In this document: one piece after another, positions 1 through 10,305 of the stretch | Numbering within the stretch: the stretch's first letter is position 1 | How the letters are laid out: the number at the start of each line of letters is the position of its first letter | Source of the DNA: Candidatus Daviesbacteria bacterium RIFCSPHIGHO2_02_FULL_43_12 | Lineage (GTDB): Bacteria; Patescibacteriota; Microgenomatia; Daviesbacterales; UBA10151 | Reading direction: 5' to 3' | Assembly: GCA_001776775.1 (NCBI GenBank) | Contig: MFDD01000002.1 | Span: 169,834-233,833 of the forward strand | Length of the DNA stretch: 64,000 nt | The notes under the pieces: generated by a model | Database searches by the model: none | Seen by the model: the letters and a program-made list of their open reading frames with translations, nothing else | Told to the model about the DNA's origin: nothing | Position numbers and translations under genes: made by a program

Positions 1-2473
1 CTGCAGTTTTAACAGATTCTTGATTTCCAGTAGTTGCTGCATCAACCGAGAAATATTTAATAGTGTATTGCCCCTGAGCACTCAGAGTAATGCTATTACC
101 TGTACTTGAACTAGTAGTTGGAGTTGACCCATCAGTGGTGTAGTAGGTGGTGGCACAACCACTGTTTCCAGTAGCAGTATCCGAACAAGTTAAGGTGATA
201 GTGACAGCACTGTTGTGCCATAGACTGTCAGTGTTATCACTGGTGACAGGGGCGGTGGTATCGACTAATACTGATCCTTGGATCTCGCTACTTTGATTTG
301 CAGCATTGTCTTTGGCCAAGACAAAAAAGTTCCATGCTCCTTGAGTTAAATTAGTATTTACAGATGCAGTTGGGGCATTTACTATCCCATTTGGCCCGGC
401 TACTCCACCTAGCGTTGTTCTCCAGAAATATTGATAAATTCCAGAGAGTGCATCAGTGGCAGCTGTCCAATTCCAGGTTTGAGAAGTGGAGCTAGTTGGG
501 TTTGGGGTAGTAGTTGGAGTTCCCGGGTTAGTATTGGGGTTAGTTTTGTCAATTTTGACTAAATTAGCTGCAGTTTGGACTGCTTGGGTATTTCCATAAT
601 TATCAACTGAGAAGTATTTAATCGTGTACTGGCCATCGGTAGTTAAGATGATCGAGGTTCCCTGAGAGGAGGCAGTTGTCGGGGTTGAACCATCGGTGGT
701 GTAATAAGTCTTGAAACAGCCACTGACAGTATCTGTGCAAGTTAAGCTGATAGTTACTGAGCTATTGTGCCAGCTTGAGTCTGTATCATCAGTGGTTGTC
801 GGGGCGCTGGTATCTTTTTTTAATGAGTTAGTAGGGTTGGTTGTGGCGGAGCTTGTATTACCAGTGTTGCTGGGACCGGCATTATCTTTTAGAGTTACCG
901 AAACAATAACATTACTGCTATCAGGCAAACTCGAGACATTAATATTACTAATACTAAAGGTGCCGTTGGCTAAAACTGTAGTTACATCAGTTGCCGAAAC
1001 AGTAGTTCCGGAGCTGGTAATGGTGTAGCTTACCTTAGATCCTGCCTCTGCTCCAGATCCGGATATAGAAAAGGTTGTTAAATTAGTACTATCTACCTGA
1101 GTAGGGACGGTAATGCTAGCAGGTGCAGTTGGAGAAATGCTGTCTTTGGCTTGAGTTGCCTGTATATGGCTACTGGTGTATGAGAGGCTAGTTAATTGCA
1201 CATCAACGGTAAAGGTTCCTTCTCCTAAAGAGGTTAAATCTGCATTAAAGCTAAAGGTTCCGGATGAATTTACAGTTGTGGAGCCACTGGTGCTACCGCT
1301 AGTTCCGGTTATAGTGTAGTTTAGTGTTGCATTGGCTGCTCCAGTACCACTTACAGGATAACTTGCCTGGTTGCCAGAATAAGCCCCGACTAAAGCGCTG
1401 ATGGTTGGACTAATAATAACTACTGAGGTGCTTGCTGAAAATCCAGATATGGTAACTGGTGTTGTTTCTAAAATAAAACCACCGGTTACAGTGGGGCTAC
1501 CCTGACCGGTAATTATTAGCCTTTTTGTTACATGGACTGTCTCATTATAGGTGCCGGCGGCAACTGTAATTGTATCTAGGGGACTATTGTTATCTGTCGC
1601 GTTATTGATTGCCTGTTGGATGGTGGCAACACAGGTTGTGCCGGCGGTTGTACCGACTGTGACTGCATCACAATTGGCCTGAGTGTTGGGATCAACCACC
1701 ACAAACACGGTAAAGTGGTCTAGGTTCTGGATCGTAAAGGTGCCATCTCCGTTGTCAGTAATTGACTGACCGACCTGAGTAGCAGCGCTTAAGTTGTCAA
1801 CAGAAGAGGCATATAACACCTTAAGATTAGAAACTGTCACCCCTGCTGGAATCGGCAAAGTCAAATTATAAGTAAAGCTGCCGTTGCTCATGGATGAAGA
1901 GATATCGTAGGCAGTACTAGATAAGGCACCAATAGTACTGATCGCACTTGCTGACAGGGTAGTTTCCGAGATAGTCAAACTACCAGCTGATCCGCTGATC
2001 GAATTAAATTTTACTTTTACATTACTAGCAGGACCAGTATAGGTTGTGCCCACAGTAACAGTCGGTACAACGATCGTACTTGGGGACGTGCTGGGGCTAG
2101 GGGTTGGGGTTGGAGGGGTAGCACTTGGCTCAGTGGTCACAGTCCAACCAACTGGAACATTACAAGGGCTGGAATATTGCTGACAAACACTGGGGTTAGA
2201 GTCCATACAAGCATAGGTCATAACTTGAGCGCAAAAATCTGACTGTGTATTAACGGTGTCCGGAGATGGCGAGGGTAATGTAGAAGGTTCTGTTGAAGGT
2301 TCTAGGGTAGGGGTGACTGAGTCGCTGGCGACTGGGCTTGGAGAAGCAGTCACTTCCTCATCGGCCAATACCGGAGAGACAAGAGACGTACTGTTGGAGA
2401 AGGCCACGATAAAGGTGGCTAAAATAATTAATACAAAGTTAAAAATAGTTCTAATTTGCTTTAAATTTCTCAT
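1..2473 (-). CDS. Large secreted/surface protein, partial (>=824 aa, continues beyond window start): signal peptide, S/T/P-rich linker, Cys-rich motif, beta-helix-like start motif, Ig-like and Fn3-associated/chitobiase-C-like repeats
   Basis: ATG at 2471-2473 gives MRNLKQIRTIFNFVLIILATFIVAFSNSTSLVSPVLADEE; the same frame reads IKYFSVDAATTGNQESVKTA at the window edge; two copies of WHNSxVTIxLTCxD...TYYTTDGSTPTT...IKYFSVD. Absent from the ORF track, consistent with no stop inside the window. Confidence 0.85.
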   Translation of the reverse strand, partial: MRNLKQIRTIFNFVLIILATFIVAFSNSTSLVSPVLADEEVTASPSPVASDSVTPTLEPSTEPSTLPSPSPDTVNTQSDFCAQVMTYACMDSNPSVCQQYSSPCNVPVGWTVTTEPSATPPTPTPSPSTSPSTIVVPTVTVGTTYTGPASNVKVKFNSISGSAGSLTISETTLSASAISTIGALSSTAYDISSSMSNGSFTYNLTLPIPAGVTVSNLKVLYASSVDNLSAATQVGQSITDNGDGTFTIQNLDHFTVFVVVDPNTQANCDAVTVGTTAGTTCVATIQQAINNATDNNSPLDTITVAAGTYNETVHVTKRLIITGQGSPTVTGGFILETTPVTISGFSASTSVVIISPTISALVGAYSGNQASYPVSGTGAANATLNYTITGTSGSTSGSTTVNSSGTFSFNADLTSLGEGTFTVDVQLTSLSYTSSHIQATQAKDSISPTAPASITVPTQVDSTNLTTFSISGSGAEAGSKVSYTITSSGTTVSATDVTTVLANGTFSISNINVSSLPDSSNVIVSVTLKDNAGPSNTGNTSSATTNPTNSLKKDTSAPTTTDDTDSSWHNSSVTISLTCTDTVSGCFKTYYTTDGSTPTTASSQGTSIILTTDGQYTIKYFSVDNYGNTQAVQTAANLVKIDKTNPNTNPGTPTTTPNPTSSTSQTWNWTAATDALSGIYQYFWRTTLGGVAGPNGIVNAPTASVNTNLTQGAWNFFVLAKDNAANQSSEIQGSVLVDTTAPVTSDNTDSLWHNSAVTITLTCSDTATGNSGCATTYYTTDGSTPTTSSSTGNSITLSAQGQYTIKYFSVDAATTGNQESVKTA

Positions 2474-2544
2474 TGCAAGGTGAGAAAGACAGTTACTAGT
2501 AAAAATAATTTTCACTATGGGGCAATAACCGTATTCAAGCGTGG

Positions 2545-2573
2545 ATGATAATATGCTGATTAAGCTTTGTCAA
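2545..2573 (-). promoter_or_regulatory. sigma70-type promoter for the surface protein
   Basis: Minus strand TTGACA (2573-2568), 17 bp spacer, TATCAT (2550-2545). Confidence 0.5.
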
Positions 2574-2722
2574 GAGACTATTTTTATAGGCTTAGAAAAG
2601 AAATTATTTCGGGCAGGTAAATAGTGATAATTATTAGTCTTTTTTATTTTACTCAAGTATATTTATTTAGGCCGTTATATCAATCAATATATGTCCGAGT
2701 ATCTTATTTACTCACACAATAT

Positions 2723-3646
2723 TTAAGCCTGCATGGCCTGAAGAGCTGCTACTCTTTTTTCAACTGGTGGATGAGTATTAAATAGGTTAGCAAATCCACT
2801 GACTACCTCTGAACCTTTCAGCGGATTGGTAATATATAGATGTGCTGTCGCTCGATTAGCAGCTTCCAAGGGCTCTTTGTCTGCCGATATTTTAAGCAGA
2901 GCCTGGGCTAATTGTTCAGGATTACGAGTTAGCAAGGCGCTGGAGGCATCGGCCAAGAATTCTCGTCGCCGTGAGATCGCTAGCTGAATCAGAGTAGCTA
3001 TCAGAGGTGCCAAGAGTGAAGCGATTAAAGCAATCATTAAGAAAACCCCATTCCCTCCCCGATCTTCGCTATCCCGCCTTCCTCCTCTGTACCATTGCAT
3101 GCGTAAAAACCAATCAGCTAGCAGAGCAACCAACCCCACCAAAATAGAAACAACAGACATTAGTAGAGTGTCTCTATTTCGGATATGAGACAGTTCGTGC
3201 CCAATTACCCCCTCTAGTTCCTGTTTATTTAGCTTGTCCAGGATGCCGGTTGTAAAACAGATTACGGAATGAGCAGGATCTCTACCCGTGGCAAAAGCAT
3301 TCGGAGCGCTGTCTTCAATCGTATAGATTGAAGGGGTTGGTAAACCCGAAGCAATACAGAGATTTTCCACTAGGTGATACAGCTCCCGGTTATCTTTGAG
3401 CTCTATCTTTCGTGCTCCAGAGATACCCAATACCATCGAATCGGAGAAATAGTAGGCTCCAATATTCATTACCCCGGCAAAGATTAAGGCCATTCCCATC
3501 AAACTAAGTGAAGATCCTGGATCATATCCTAACCCTCTGGCAAAAATATACACCACACCAACCACAAACAGGGCAAAGAGGAGCATAATTAACCAAGTTT
3601 TAAAGATATTTGAGGAAATTTGATTCTGCGCGGTAGCAATAGCCAT
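2723..3646 (-). CDS. htpX: Zinc metalloprotease HtpX (M48)
   Basis: PNAFATG, HELSH, SRRREFLAD and THPP motifs; TM segments; follows lemA. Confidence 0.95.
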   Translation of the reverse strand: MAIATAQNQISSNIFKTWLIMLLFALFVVGVVYIFARGLGYDPGSSLSLMGMALIFAGVMNIGAYYFSDSMVLGISGARKIELKDNRELYHLVENLCIASGLPTPSIYTIEDSAPNAFATGRDPAHSVICFTTGILDKLNKQELEGVIGHELSHIRNRDTLLMSVVSILVGLVALLADWFLRMQWYRGGRRDSEDRGGNGVFLMIALIASLLAPLIATLIQLAISRRREFLADASSALLTRNPEQLAQALLKISADKEPLEAANRATAHLYITNPLKGSEVVSGFANLFNTHPPVEKRVAALQAMQA

Positions 3647-3653
3647 GAAGTCT

Positions 3654-4202
3654 CTAGAAATTTACCTTAACATCCATCTTTTCTGACTCAGATGCTTGGA
3701 AGAAAGCCTCTGGTAAAAAGTGAAAGGCTTGGGCAAAAAATGAGGCCGGAAATGTCTGCAATGCTGTGTTGTAATCCAAGACATTGGTATTATAAAACTG
3801 CCTGGACGAAGCGACTTTGGTCTCTGTGTCAGCTAACTCTGATTGAAGCTGTTTGAAAGTATCCGATGCTTTCAGATCAGGGTAATTTTCGGATACGGCA
3901 AAGAGGGTTTTTAACGCTCCCGTGAGCTGATTATCGGCTGCGGCCTGATCTTTAGGGTTTCCGGCATGCATTAGGGCAGAGCGGGCTTTGGTCACCTCTT
4001 CCAACACTTCCCGTTCATGCTTCATGTAGCCCTTAACAGTTTCCACTAGGTTAGGAATCAGAGAAGATCGTCTCTTCAGTTGAACATCAATCTGAGAATA
4101 GGCTTCATGAACCCTATTTCTTTTGGTAACCAAAGAATTAAAGATACTAACTGTAGCAAGCAAGAGGACTATAATGACTACGAGTACGATAGTAAGTAAC
4201 AT
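3654..4202 (-). CDS. lemA: LemA family protein
   Basis: N-terminal TM, IDVQLKRR..LIPNLVETVKGY, ENYPDLKA, RQFYN motifs. Confidence 0.95.
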   Translation of the reverse strand: MLLTIVLVVIIVLLLATVSIFNSLVTKRNRVHEAYSQIDVQLKRRSSLIPNLVETVKGYMKHEREVLEEVTKARSALMHAGNPKDQAAADNQLTGALKTLFAVSENYPDLKASDTFKQLQSELADTETKVASSRQFYNTNVLDYNTALQTFPASFFAQAFHFLPEAFFQASESEKMDVKVNF

Positions 4203-4243
4203 TCTTTTTATATCTTAACTCAAATTCATTTAAATTACCAGGC

Positions 4244-5035
4244 CTAGTCCACCAATTTATGTAAATGGCCCTGAACACGCACATAGTCAAACATCTTCAA
4301 AAATAGCCATAAAGAGACCAGAAACCACACTATATTTAGCCCAGTCGCCCATATCAACTCACTCCAGGGAACAACCCCGGTGATTACCACTTGCCTCATC
4401 CCCTCAAAGACATGCGCAGCAGGGATAGCCAAAGAGACTGGTCTTAGAAAAACAGGCAAGACACTGACCGGATAAAATACTGCCACAAAAGGCTGGATCA
4501 GCATTGTCAAGGCAAAAGCTAGAATCTGGGCACTCTGCCCAAATCTCAGGATAATAGAGGTGGCGATCAGTCCCAGCACCCATCCAAAGACAAATAGATT
4601 TATCGCAAAAGGGATCAGCAATAGTCCAAAGGAAAAGATATTAAAGCGGAAAAAAGCGAGCGCTGCGATAGATAGCACTCCCCCAATCAGAGCGAGTCTC
4701 ACTACCCCAATCAGTACTGTTGAAGCTAGAAATTCACCAACCCGCACCGGAGTAACAAATAAATTAAGCAAATTACGCTCCCAAACCTCTTCTAAAAAAG
4801 CAATCGAGACCGCTTGCTGTGATCTTTGAATAAAGTTCCAAAAAACCATTGCTCCAAGTAAAGCGCTGACAATCCCTGGGATACCTGCCCGGGATTGTTG
4901 CAAGTAAAGAGTCAACCATCCCCAGATTAGAAGGTCGACAATTGGCCAAAAAACAATATCTAAGATCCTCGGTATCGACCGCGGATAAAGATACAGATAC
5001 CGCAAAAGTAGTGCATAAATCCGTGTTAAGCTCAT
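4244..5035 (-). CDS. ABC-2 type transporter permease
   Basis: About six hydrophobic segments, VFYPVSVLP motif; overlaps the ATPase gene by 4 nt. Confidence 0.9.
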   Translation of the reverse strand: MSLTRIYALLLRYLYLYPRSIPRILDIVFWPIVDLLIWGWLTLYLQQSRAGIPGIVSALLGAMVFWNFIQRSQQAVSIAFLEEVWERNLLNLFVTPVRVGEFLASTVLIGVVRLALIGGVLSIAALAFFRFNIFSFGLLLIPFAINLFVFGWVLGLIATSIILRFGQSAQILAFALTMLIQPFVAVFYPVSVLPVFLRPVSLAIPAAHVFEGMRQVVITGVVPWSELIWATGLNIVWFLVSLWLFLKMFDYVRVQGHLHKLVD

Positions 5036-5760
5036 GTTTCCTCCCTAGCTAGTTTAATAAAGACTTCGTTTAAATCTTTCAGGCCAAATTTCTTGATTAA
5101 CTCTTTGGGAGTACCCTCAGTCACGATCTTGCCTTCGTTAATAAAAATGGCCCGATCACATAACTCCTCGACTTCCGCCATGTTATGGGTAGTATAAACA
5201 ATAGTCACGTTTTTCTCTTTTTGAACCTGTTTAAGATATTTACGGATTCGGTCAGCGATATCCGGGTCCAAAGAAGAGGTCGGTTCATCCAAAAACAGCA
5301 ATCTGGGGGAATTTAACAAGGATTTAGCCAGATTAACCCGGGTCGATTGGCCGGACGAAAGCGATCCGTATAATTTATCAAAAAAGGGAGTAATATCAAA
5401 AAAATCTACCAATTCTTTAACCTTCTCCTTGTAATTAGGTACTTCGTATAACCTGGCAAAAGTATATAAATTTTCCCAAACTTTGAGGTTGGTCGGCAGG
5501 GATACATAGGCAGATGAAAAATTAACCTGCTGCAAAATCTCATGGCTATTCTTGGGCATATCTTTACCAAAGATTTTGACTGTCCCAGAAGTAGGAATAA
5601 TCAGTCCTAGGATCATCTGGATGGTGGTGGTTTTACCAGCTCCATTTGGACCAAGAAGCCCCAGGATCTCTCCTTCTTGCACCTGGAAGCTGATATTGTT
5701 AACAGCGGTAAAGGTGCCGTAAGTTTTGGTAAGATTAGAGACTTTCAGTAAAGTTTGCAT
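5032..5760 (-). CDS. ABC transporter ATP-binding protein
   Basis: Walker A GPNGAGKTT, signature LSSGQ, Walker B LFLDEPT. Confidence 0.95.
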   Translation of the reverse strand: MQTLLKVSNLTKTYGTFTAVNNISFQVQEGEILGLLGPNGAGKTTTIQMILGLIIPTSGTVKIFGKDMPKNSHEILQQVNFSSAYVSLPTNLKVWENLYTFARLYEVPNYKEKVKELVDFFDITPFFDKLYGSLSSGQSTRVNLAKSLLNSPRLLFLDEPTSSLDPDIADRIRKYLKQVQKEKNVTIVYTTHNMAEVEELCDRAIFINEGKIVTEGTPKELIKKFGLKDLNEVFIKLAREET

Positions 5761-5765
5761 AGGCT

Positions 5766-7499
5766 CTATTTTAAAACATCTAACAGGTCTTTGAAACCAT
5801 AAGTATTAATAATATCTGCACTTGTGGCCCAGCCACGCCTGGCCACGGCAACTCCGTAGTCCAGTTGATCCATTTGTTCTAGGCCATGAGCGTCCGAATC
5901 TATCACTAATTTGACTCCCTTGGAGATCGCCTGCCTGACCAAGTCATCTCTCAAATCGAGTCTATCTGGAAAAGAATTAATCTCCAGGATTTTACCTTTC
6001 TTGGCACAAAATTCAAAAACTTTTGCCCAGTCAGCCTCAAAAGATGGTCTTTGATTTAAGAGCCTACCGGTAGGATGAGCCAGAATCTGCACATACGGAT
6101 TACTGAGGGCTTTTAAGATCCGCGCTGTCATCTTTGACTGCTCCATCCGATGTGCCGAATGTACCCCGACAATGCAATAGTCTAGCAGCTTCAACCCCTC
6201 ATCGGGCACAGAGATTGATCCATCCGGTTGTATATCTGCTTCCAAACCTGCCAATATCTCTATCTTACCTGCATATTTAAGCTTTAATTTGTCAATAAAT
6301 GCGCTGCGTTTTTTGAGGATGTCAATAATTTTGGGTTTACTGTGATTAGAAGTCGCTGGAGAATGATCAGAAAAACCCAAATATTTATAACCCAAAGCCA
6401 GAGCCCTTTTGACCATATCTTCCATGCTATCTCGCCCTAAGTCATGGGAGGGTTCAATAGGATAGCTCGAGTGTAAATGCAAGTCACCCTTCAAGGATCC
6501 GTAGGGAATTAACTGAGGCAGTTGATGTTTTAAGGCTGCCTCTATCTCTCCAGCATCTTCTCTTATCTCCGACGGGGGTGTTTGCATATCTAGTAGCGAG
6601 TAAACTTCTTCCTCTGTTTTACATTCAATCACTGCAGTTTTGAGTTTTTTTACTCCGTATTCGCTAATCGAGTAACCTTTATCCTCAGCTAGCTTGCGGA
6701 GACTAATATTATGATGCTTTGATCCCGTAAAATGCTGCAACAAATTTCCGTAATTTTTTGGTTTACCTACCAACAGATCGATTTGTAAATGAGAGGTCAG
6801 CATCACCATAGCTTTATTTTCGCCCTGATCAACTATCCTGGAAATCCCCGGCATTTTAACAAAGTACTTAATAGCTTTTTCCGGATTGTCAGAGGCAACG
6901 GCAAAGTCCAGATCCCCAATGGTCGCGACCTTTCGGCGCAAGCTACCCAAGCAATCCGCCTGCTTTACATCCGGAGATTTGCGTAAGTAATCGAGAATTT
7001 TAGCTGCTAACTCTTCAGCAAAAGGTAGCAGCATTCGATCTTTTTCGCTGTTAGTATCTTTTAAACCCAGTAAGATATTCTCGGCTAATTTTTCCGAGAA
7101 GCCTTCTTTGATTAAGCTCCCGTCTTCTAATCTTTGCTTTAATTCTTCTAAGTTCTGAACTTTTAAACTTAAAATCCTTTGGGCGGTTTTCGGACCGACT
7201 CCGGGAATATCCAGAGCTTCAAAAAAGACTGGGGGCAAATCTTTAGTCAAAGATTCAAAATGAGCTACTTTTCCGGTCGAAAATAGTTCGTTTAAATGCT
7301 CGCTTAAGTTTTTACCAACTCCGGGCACTTCAGCCAATTTTCCCTCTTCCCAGAGATCCTTGACCTCTGAGGTTAGATGCTCTATGGCGTCAGCCGCTGT
7401 TTCATAGGCTCGGATTTGAAAAATGGAAGCTTTTTTGAGGGTTAAGGCAGCAGCAACATTCCGCAGCAGCTTTGCCACATCCCGATTAGTCAAATCCAT
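5766..7499 (-). CDS. polX: DNA polymerase X family with C-terminal PHP domain
   Basis: HhH motifs VPGVG and IPGVGPKT, GSLRR, catalytic GDLD, HFTGSKHHN; PHP motifs DLHLHS, DHS, AHP, DSDAH. Confidence 0.93.
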   Translation of the reverse strand: MDLTNRDVAKLLRNVAAALTLKKASIFQIRAYETAADAIEHLTSEVKDLWEEGKLAEVPGVGKNLSEHLNELFSTGKVAHFESLTKDLPPVFFEALDIPGVGPKTAQRILSLKVQNLEELKQRLEDGSLIKEGFSEKLAENILLGLKDTNSEKDRMLLPFAEELAAKILDYLRKSPDVKQADCLGSLRRKVATIGDLDFAVASDNPEKAIKYFVKMPGISRIVDQGENKAMVMLTSHLQIDLLVGKPKNYGNLLQHFTGSKHHNISLRKLAEDKGYSISEYGVKKLKTAVIECKTEEEVYSLLDMQTPPSEIREDAGEIEAALKHQLPQLIPYGSLKGDLHLHSSYPIEPSHDLGRDSMEDMVKRALALGYKYLGFSDHSPATSNHSKPKIIDILKKRSAFIDKLKLKYAGKIEILAGLEADIQPDGSISVPDEGLKLLDYCIVGVHSAHRMEQSKMTARILKALSNPYVQILAHPTGRLLNQRPSFEADWAKVFEFCAKKGKILEINSFPDRLDLRDDLVRQAISKGVKLVIDSDAHGLEQMDQLDYGVAVARRGWATSADIINTYGFKDLLDVLK

Positions 7500-7585
7500 A
7501 TATTCAATAATATAACTCTATCTTAAAAATAATGTAAGAGCTCTCGCTTTTGTAGCTGTGACGTCTTAAAATACTTATATGCTGA

Positions 7586-7850
7586 CCCAGGAGAAAAAAT
7601 CGTTCATCTTTTGCAACACACTTACAGATCAATATTAGATGTGGATCGCAATCTTTTCTGATTAAGTTAAGACAGATCCTTCATGAGAGTTGGGATATAG
7701 GTTTGGGCTCTCTATATCGGCATAGTGGTGCATATAGCCTTGCTTACTCAGGTAAAGATGTAGTAAAATTGCGTGACTTGATGTATCCAAGCTCTGAAGT
7801 TCCTTGTTTAAAGAGGAAAAAAGACATTTTAGATTTTGGAATCAAGATTT
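7586..7850 (+). pseudogene. 5'-truncated LAGLIDADG-like homing endonuclease remnant abutting tRNA-Asp
   Basis: Frame open from 7586 with no ATG start: LQINIRCGSQSFLIKLRQIL...GSLYRHSGAYSLAYSGKDVVKLRDLMYP...CLKRKK, resembling the C-terminal half of LAGLIDADG proteins; the GxFDGDG motif is missing. Confidence 0.5.
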
Positions 7851-7922
7851 GGGGCCGTAGCTCAATGGTAGAGCAATTCCCTGTCACGGAATAGGTCGCC
7901 GGTTCAAATCCGGTCGGTCCCG
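7851..7922 (+). tRNA. tRNA-Asp(GTC)
   Basis: Acceptor GGGGCCG/CGGTCCC, anticodon arm ATTCC-CTGTCAC-GGAAT, T-loop GGTTCAAATCC; no encoded CCA. Confidence 0.95.
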
Positions 7923-8020
7923 CTACTCTATTTTGACTTCTTGACAACAGACCTCAGTTTGGTATAAAACAACTACAAGCTAAACCAAGCCTCATAGTTT
8001 CGCTATAGGAGATACAATCA

Positions 8021-8782
8021 GTGCCTAGACCAAAGAAAGCCACCAAAAAAGCCATTCGAAAAACAGCTGCTGAAACTCATTCCAGCGAGACAAATAATTC
8101 AAGTTTCCTCCAAAGAATCCAAAGTGAAACTCGTAACCAATTTTCTTATCTTAATTTAATACTTGGAGGATTGATCCTGTTAGTTGCTGGTATTTTGATC
8201 TTCAACTATTTTAGTCGCCCCAATGGAGATCTGGGGACTTCTCAGACTACTACAGCCTCACCGACCACCAGTGTCGATGTCACCAAAGATAGCCTCCCCG
8301 GAACTTATACAGTTAAAGCGGATGATACCCTATTTTCTATTGCCGAAAAATACTACGGAGATGGGTACCAGTTTACAAAACTAGCCGAAGCCAACAAATT
8401 AACTGATCCAGGTCTGATAATCGAGGGTCAAGTTTTAAATATTCCCAAGCTTGACTTAGCCCAAAGGGATCAAACACCTCAAGCAACGATTGCCCCAACT
8501 AGCGAACCCTCACCCACCGAGTCCACCAACACTCCATCACTTAATGCAGGCGATGAAAAGACCCAACCAGTCGATGGTGGCAAAGGCGGGGCTGTCAATC
8601 AAACCGAATGGGGAGAAAAGATTACAGCAGATACATATACTGTAGTTTCAGGAGACTGGCTTTCTAAAATCGCCGGGAGGGCTTATGGAGATATTTACGC
8701 TTTTCAAAAAATAGCCGATGCCAATGGAATTACAGATCCGAATGTGATAGAGCCAGATACCGTTCTCAAAATTCCAAGATAG
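8021..8782 (+). CDS. Membrane-anchored protein with two LysM domains
   Basis: TM helix, YTVKADDTLFSIAEKYYG and YTVVSGDWLSKIAGRAYG; AGGAGA SD upstream and TTGACA at 7941. Confidence 0.9.
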   Translation: MPRPKKATKKAIRKTAAETHSSETNNSSFLQRIQSETRNQFSYLNLILGGLILLVAGILIFNYFSRPNGDLGTSQTTTASPTTSVDVTKDSLPGTYTVKADDTLFSIAEKYYGDGYQFTKLAEANKLTDPGLIIEGQVLNIPKLDLAQRDQTPQATIAPTSEPSPTESTNTPSLNAGDEKTQPVDGGKGGAVNQTEWGEKITADTYTVVSGDWLSKIAGRAYGDIYAFQKIADANGITDPNVIEPDTVLKIPR

Positions 8783-8837
8783 ATTTGTCTTTAGCCTTTC
8801 CTTAATCAAAGAAAGCGAGTATTGTTAATAGGCTCCC

Positions 8838-9668
8838 ATGAAGTTATTTCCCAAGATCTTTTTACCTACCTTACTTATCCTAACTGTTATTTTTCTGAAT
8901 CCAGTTTTACTTTTTTTCTCTAAACACCTGCTGCCCAAGCCCCCTATTTATCCTTTCAACCCATCAGAGGAGGTAAAAATAGCCACAGTCGCCGGAAAGA
9001 TTAAATATTCGGTTGATTATACGATCGTGCTGGTCGGTGATTCCATGACCGAAAGGTTGGGTAATGGAGATGAGCTAAAAGGATATTTAAGTCTTTATTA
9101 TCCAAATAAGACTTTCGAAATCCTCAACTATGGATTCGGCGCCACCAATATCTTATCCCTCCCAGATCGTTTGACTACAGCGACATTTATGAAGCGAGAG
9201 TTTAGACCCATTTTGGATATTGACTTCGATCTGCTACTGATAGAATCGTTTGGATATAACCCACTTTCCGAGTTGTCCTTGGAACAAGGCCTCCGGAAAC
9301 AATCGGAGATGCTCGATATTTCTCTTAACCTCATTGACTCGGCTCAAAAAAAAGCTCGTGTGGCTTTTTTTACGACCATTGCCCCCAACAAGGATATTTT
9401 CTCCAAAGGAATTGTCGAGCTATCCGCTACTCAACGCAGCTCCTGGGTCAAAGAACGAAATCGGTATATCGAAAACCACACTGCCTATGCCAAAACTCAC
9501 CAATTACCCCTGATAGATATTTATCATAGCTCCCTTGATCTATTTGGCAACGGAAAATCTATTTATATCGACTCTCAAGACAACCTGCACCCTTCTCCAA
9601 CTGGAATATTTTTTATTAGCCAACAGCTAGCCTCAGGCATCTCTAAACTTCAACTGCTAAAAAATTAA
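8838..9668 (+). CDS. SGNH/GDSL hydrolase family protein
   Basis: LVGDSMT block I, GYN block III, DNLHP block V; N-terminal anchor. Confidence 0.85.
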   Translation: MKLFPKIFLPTLLILTVIFLNPVLLFFSKHLLPKPPIYPFNPSEEVKIATVAGKIKYSVDYTIVLVGDSMTERLGNGDELKGYLSLYYPNKTFEILNYGFGATNILSLPDRLTTATFMKREFRPILDIDFDLLLIESFGYNPLSELSLEQGLRKQSEMLDISLNLIDSAQKKARVAFFTTIAPNKDIFSKGIVELSATQRSSWVKERNRYIENHTAYAKTHQLPLIDIYHSSLDLFGNGKSIYIDSQDNLHPSPTGIFFISQQLASGISKLQLLKN

Positions 9669-9699
9669 CTCCCCATTGTTTCCTTATAGCTAATGATAT

Positions 9700-10059
9700 T
9701 TATTTTCCAGGCTTCATTTCTGGACTCATTAACCCAGTCCGAACACTGACAGCATCCTGTGGGTTAGGACTGGCTCGATCTGGCTTGGATCTTTGTTCAA
9801 TCATGCGCTGAGGACGTTCTGGTGGTTTTAGCAGATCTGGAAAGGGAGTTTCCTTCTCGGGCAATTTGACTGCAAATTCTTGCTCTACAGCCTCTTTGAC
9901 TACAGCTCCCGGGATCTCCGTAGCACCTCCCACAACTCCTCTTCCAACACTACTAGCAAGTCCTCCAATCAGCCCTTTTCCTCCAAAAGGACCCATTTTT
10001 GCTTCAGCTTGAGGAGCAGGGGCGACAGCTTTAGGTTCTTGTTCAGTAATATCAGCCAT
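9700..10059 (-). CDS. Hypothetical low-complexity protein (likely start MADITEQ)
   Basis: ORF track 9700-10074; ATG at 10059 lies 6 nt after a TACACT -10 box. Confidence 0.6.
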   Translation of the reverse strand: MADITEQEPKAVAPAPQAEAKMGPFGGKGLIGGLASSVGRGVVGGATEIPGAVVKEAVEQEFAVKLPEKETPFPDLLKPPERPQRMIEQRSKPDRASPNPQDAVSVRTGLMSPEMKPGK

Positions 10060-10100
10060 AGGTTTAGTGTACAAGAAAATAGGTTAGAAGACAAAAGAGG

Positions 10101-10172
10101 AGCCGACTATCGGATTTGAACCGATGACCTACTGTTTACGATACAGCCGCTCTACCACTGAGCTAAGTCGGC
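10101..10172 (-). tRNA. tRNA-Thr(CGT)
   Basis: GCCGACT/AGTCGGC acceptor, anticodon arm GCTGT-ATCGTAA-ACAGT (unusual A32), GGTTCAAATCC; no encoded CCA. Confidence 0.95.
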
Positions 10173-10305
10173 ATATCCCAATTCTAAAGGTCGGAGACGT
10201 ACATATCAAGAAAGAGCTTGTTTATTTCAAGACAGTCTGAGATAATAGATTTCCTAATACTACTAGCGAGCTGGTGGTATTTTTTTGGGGTTTTTTAAAA
10301 AAATT

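Noticed and set aside
711-2483. Plus-strand ORFs 711-1028 and 2256-2483
   Set aside because: Antisense shadows of the S/T-rich surface protein gene
7744-7947. 67-aa minus-strand ORF
   Set aside because: Antisense to tRNA-Asp; AGPTGFEPAT is the typical reverse translation of a tRNA
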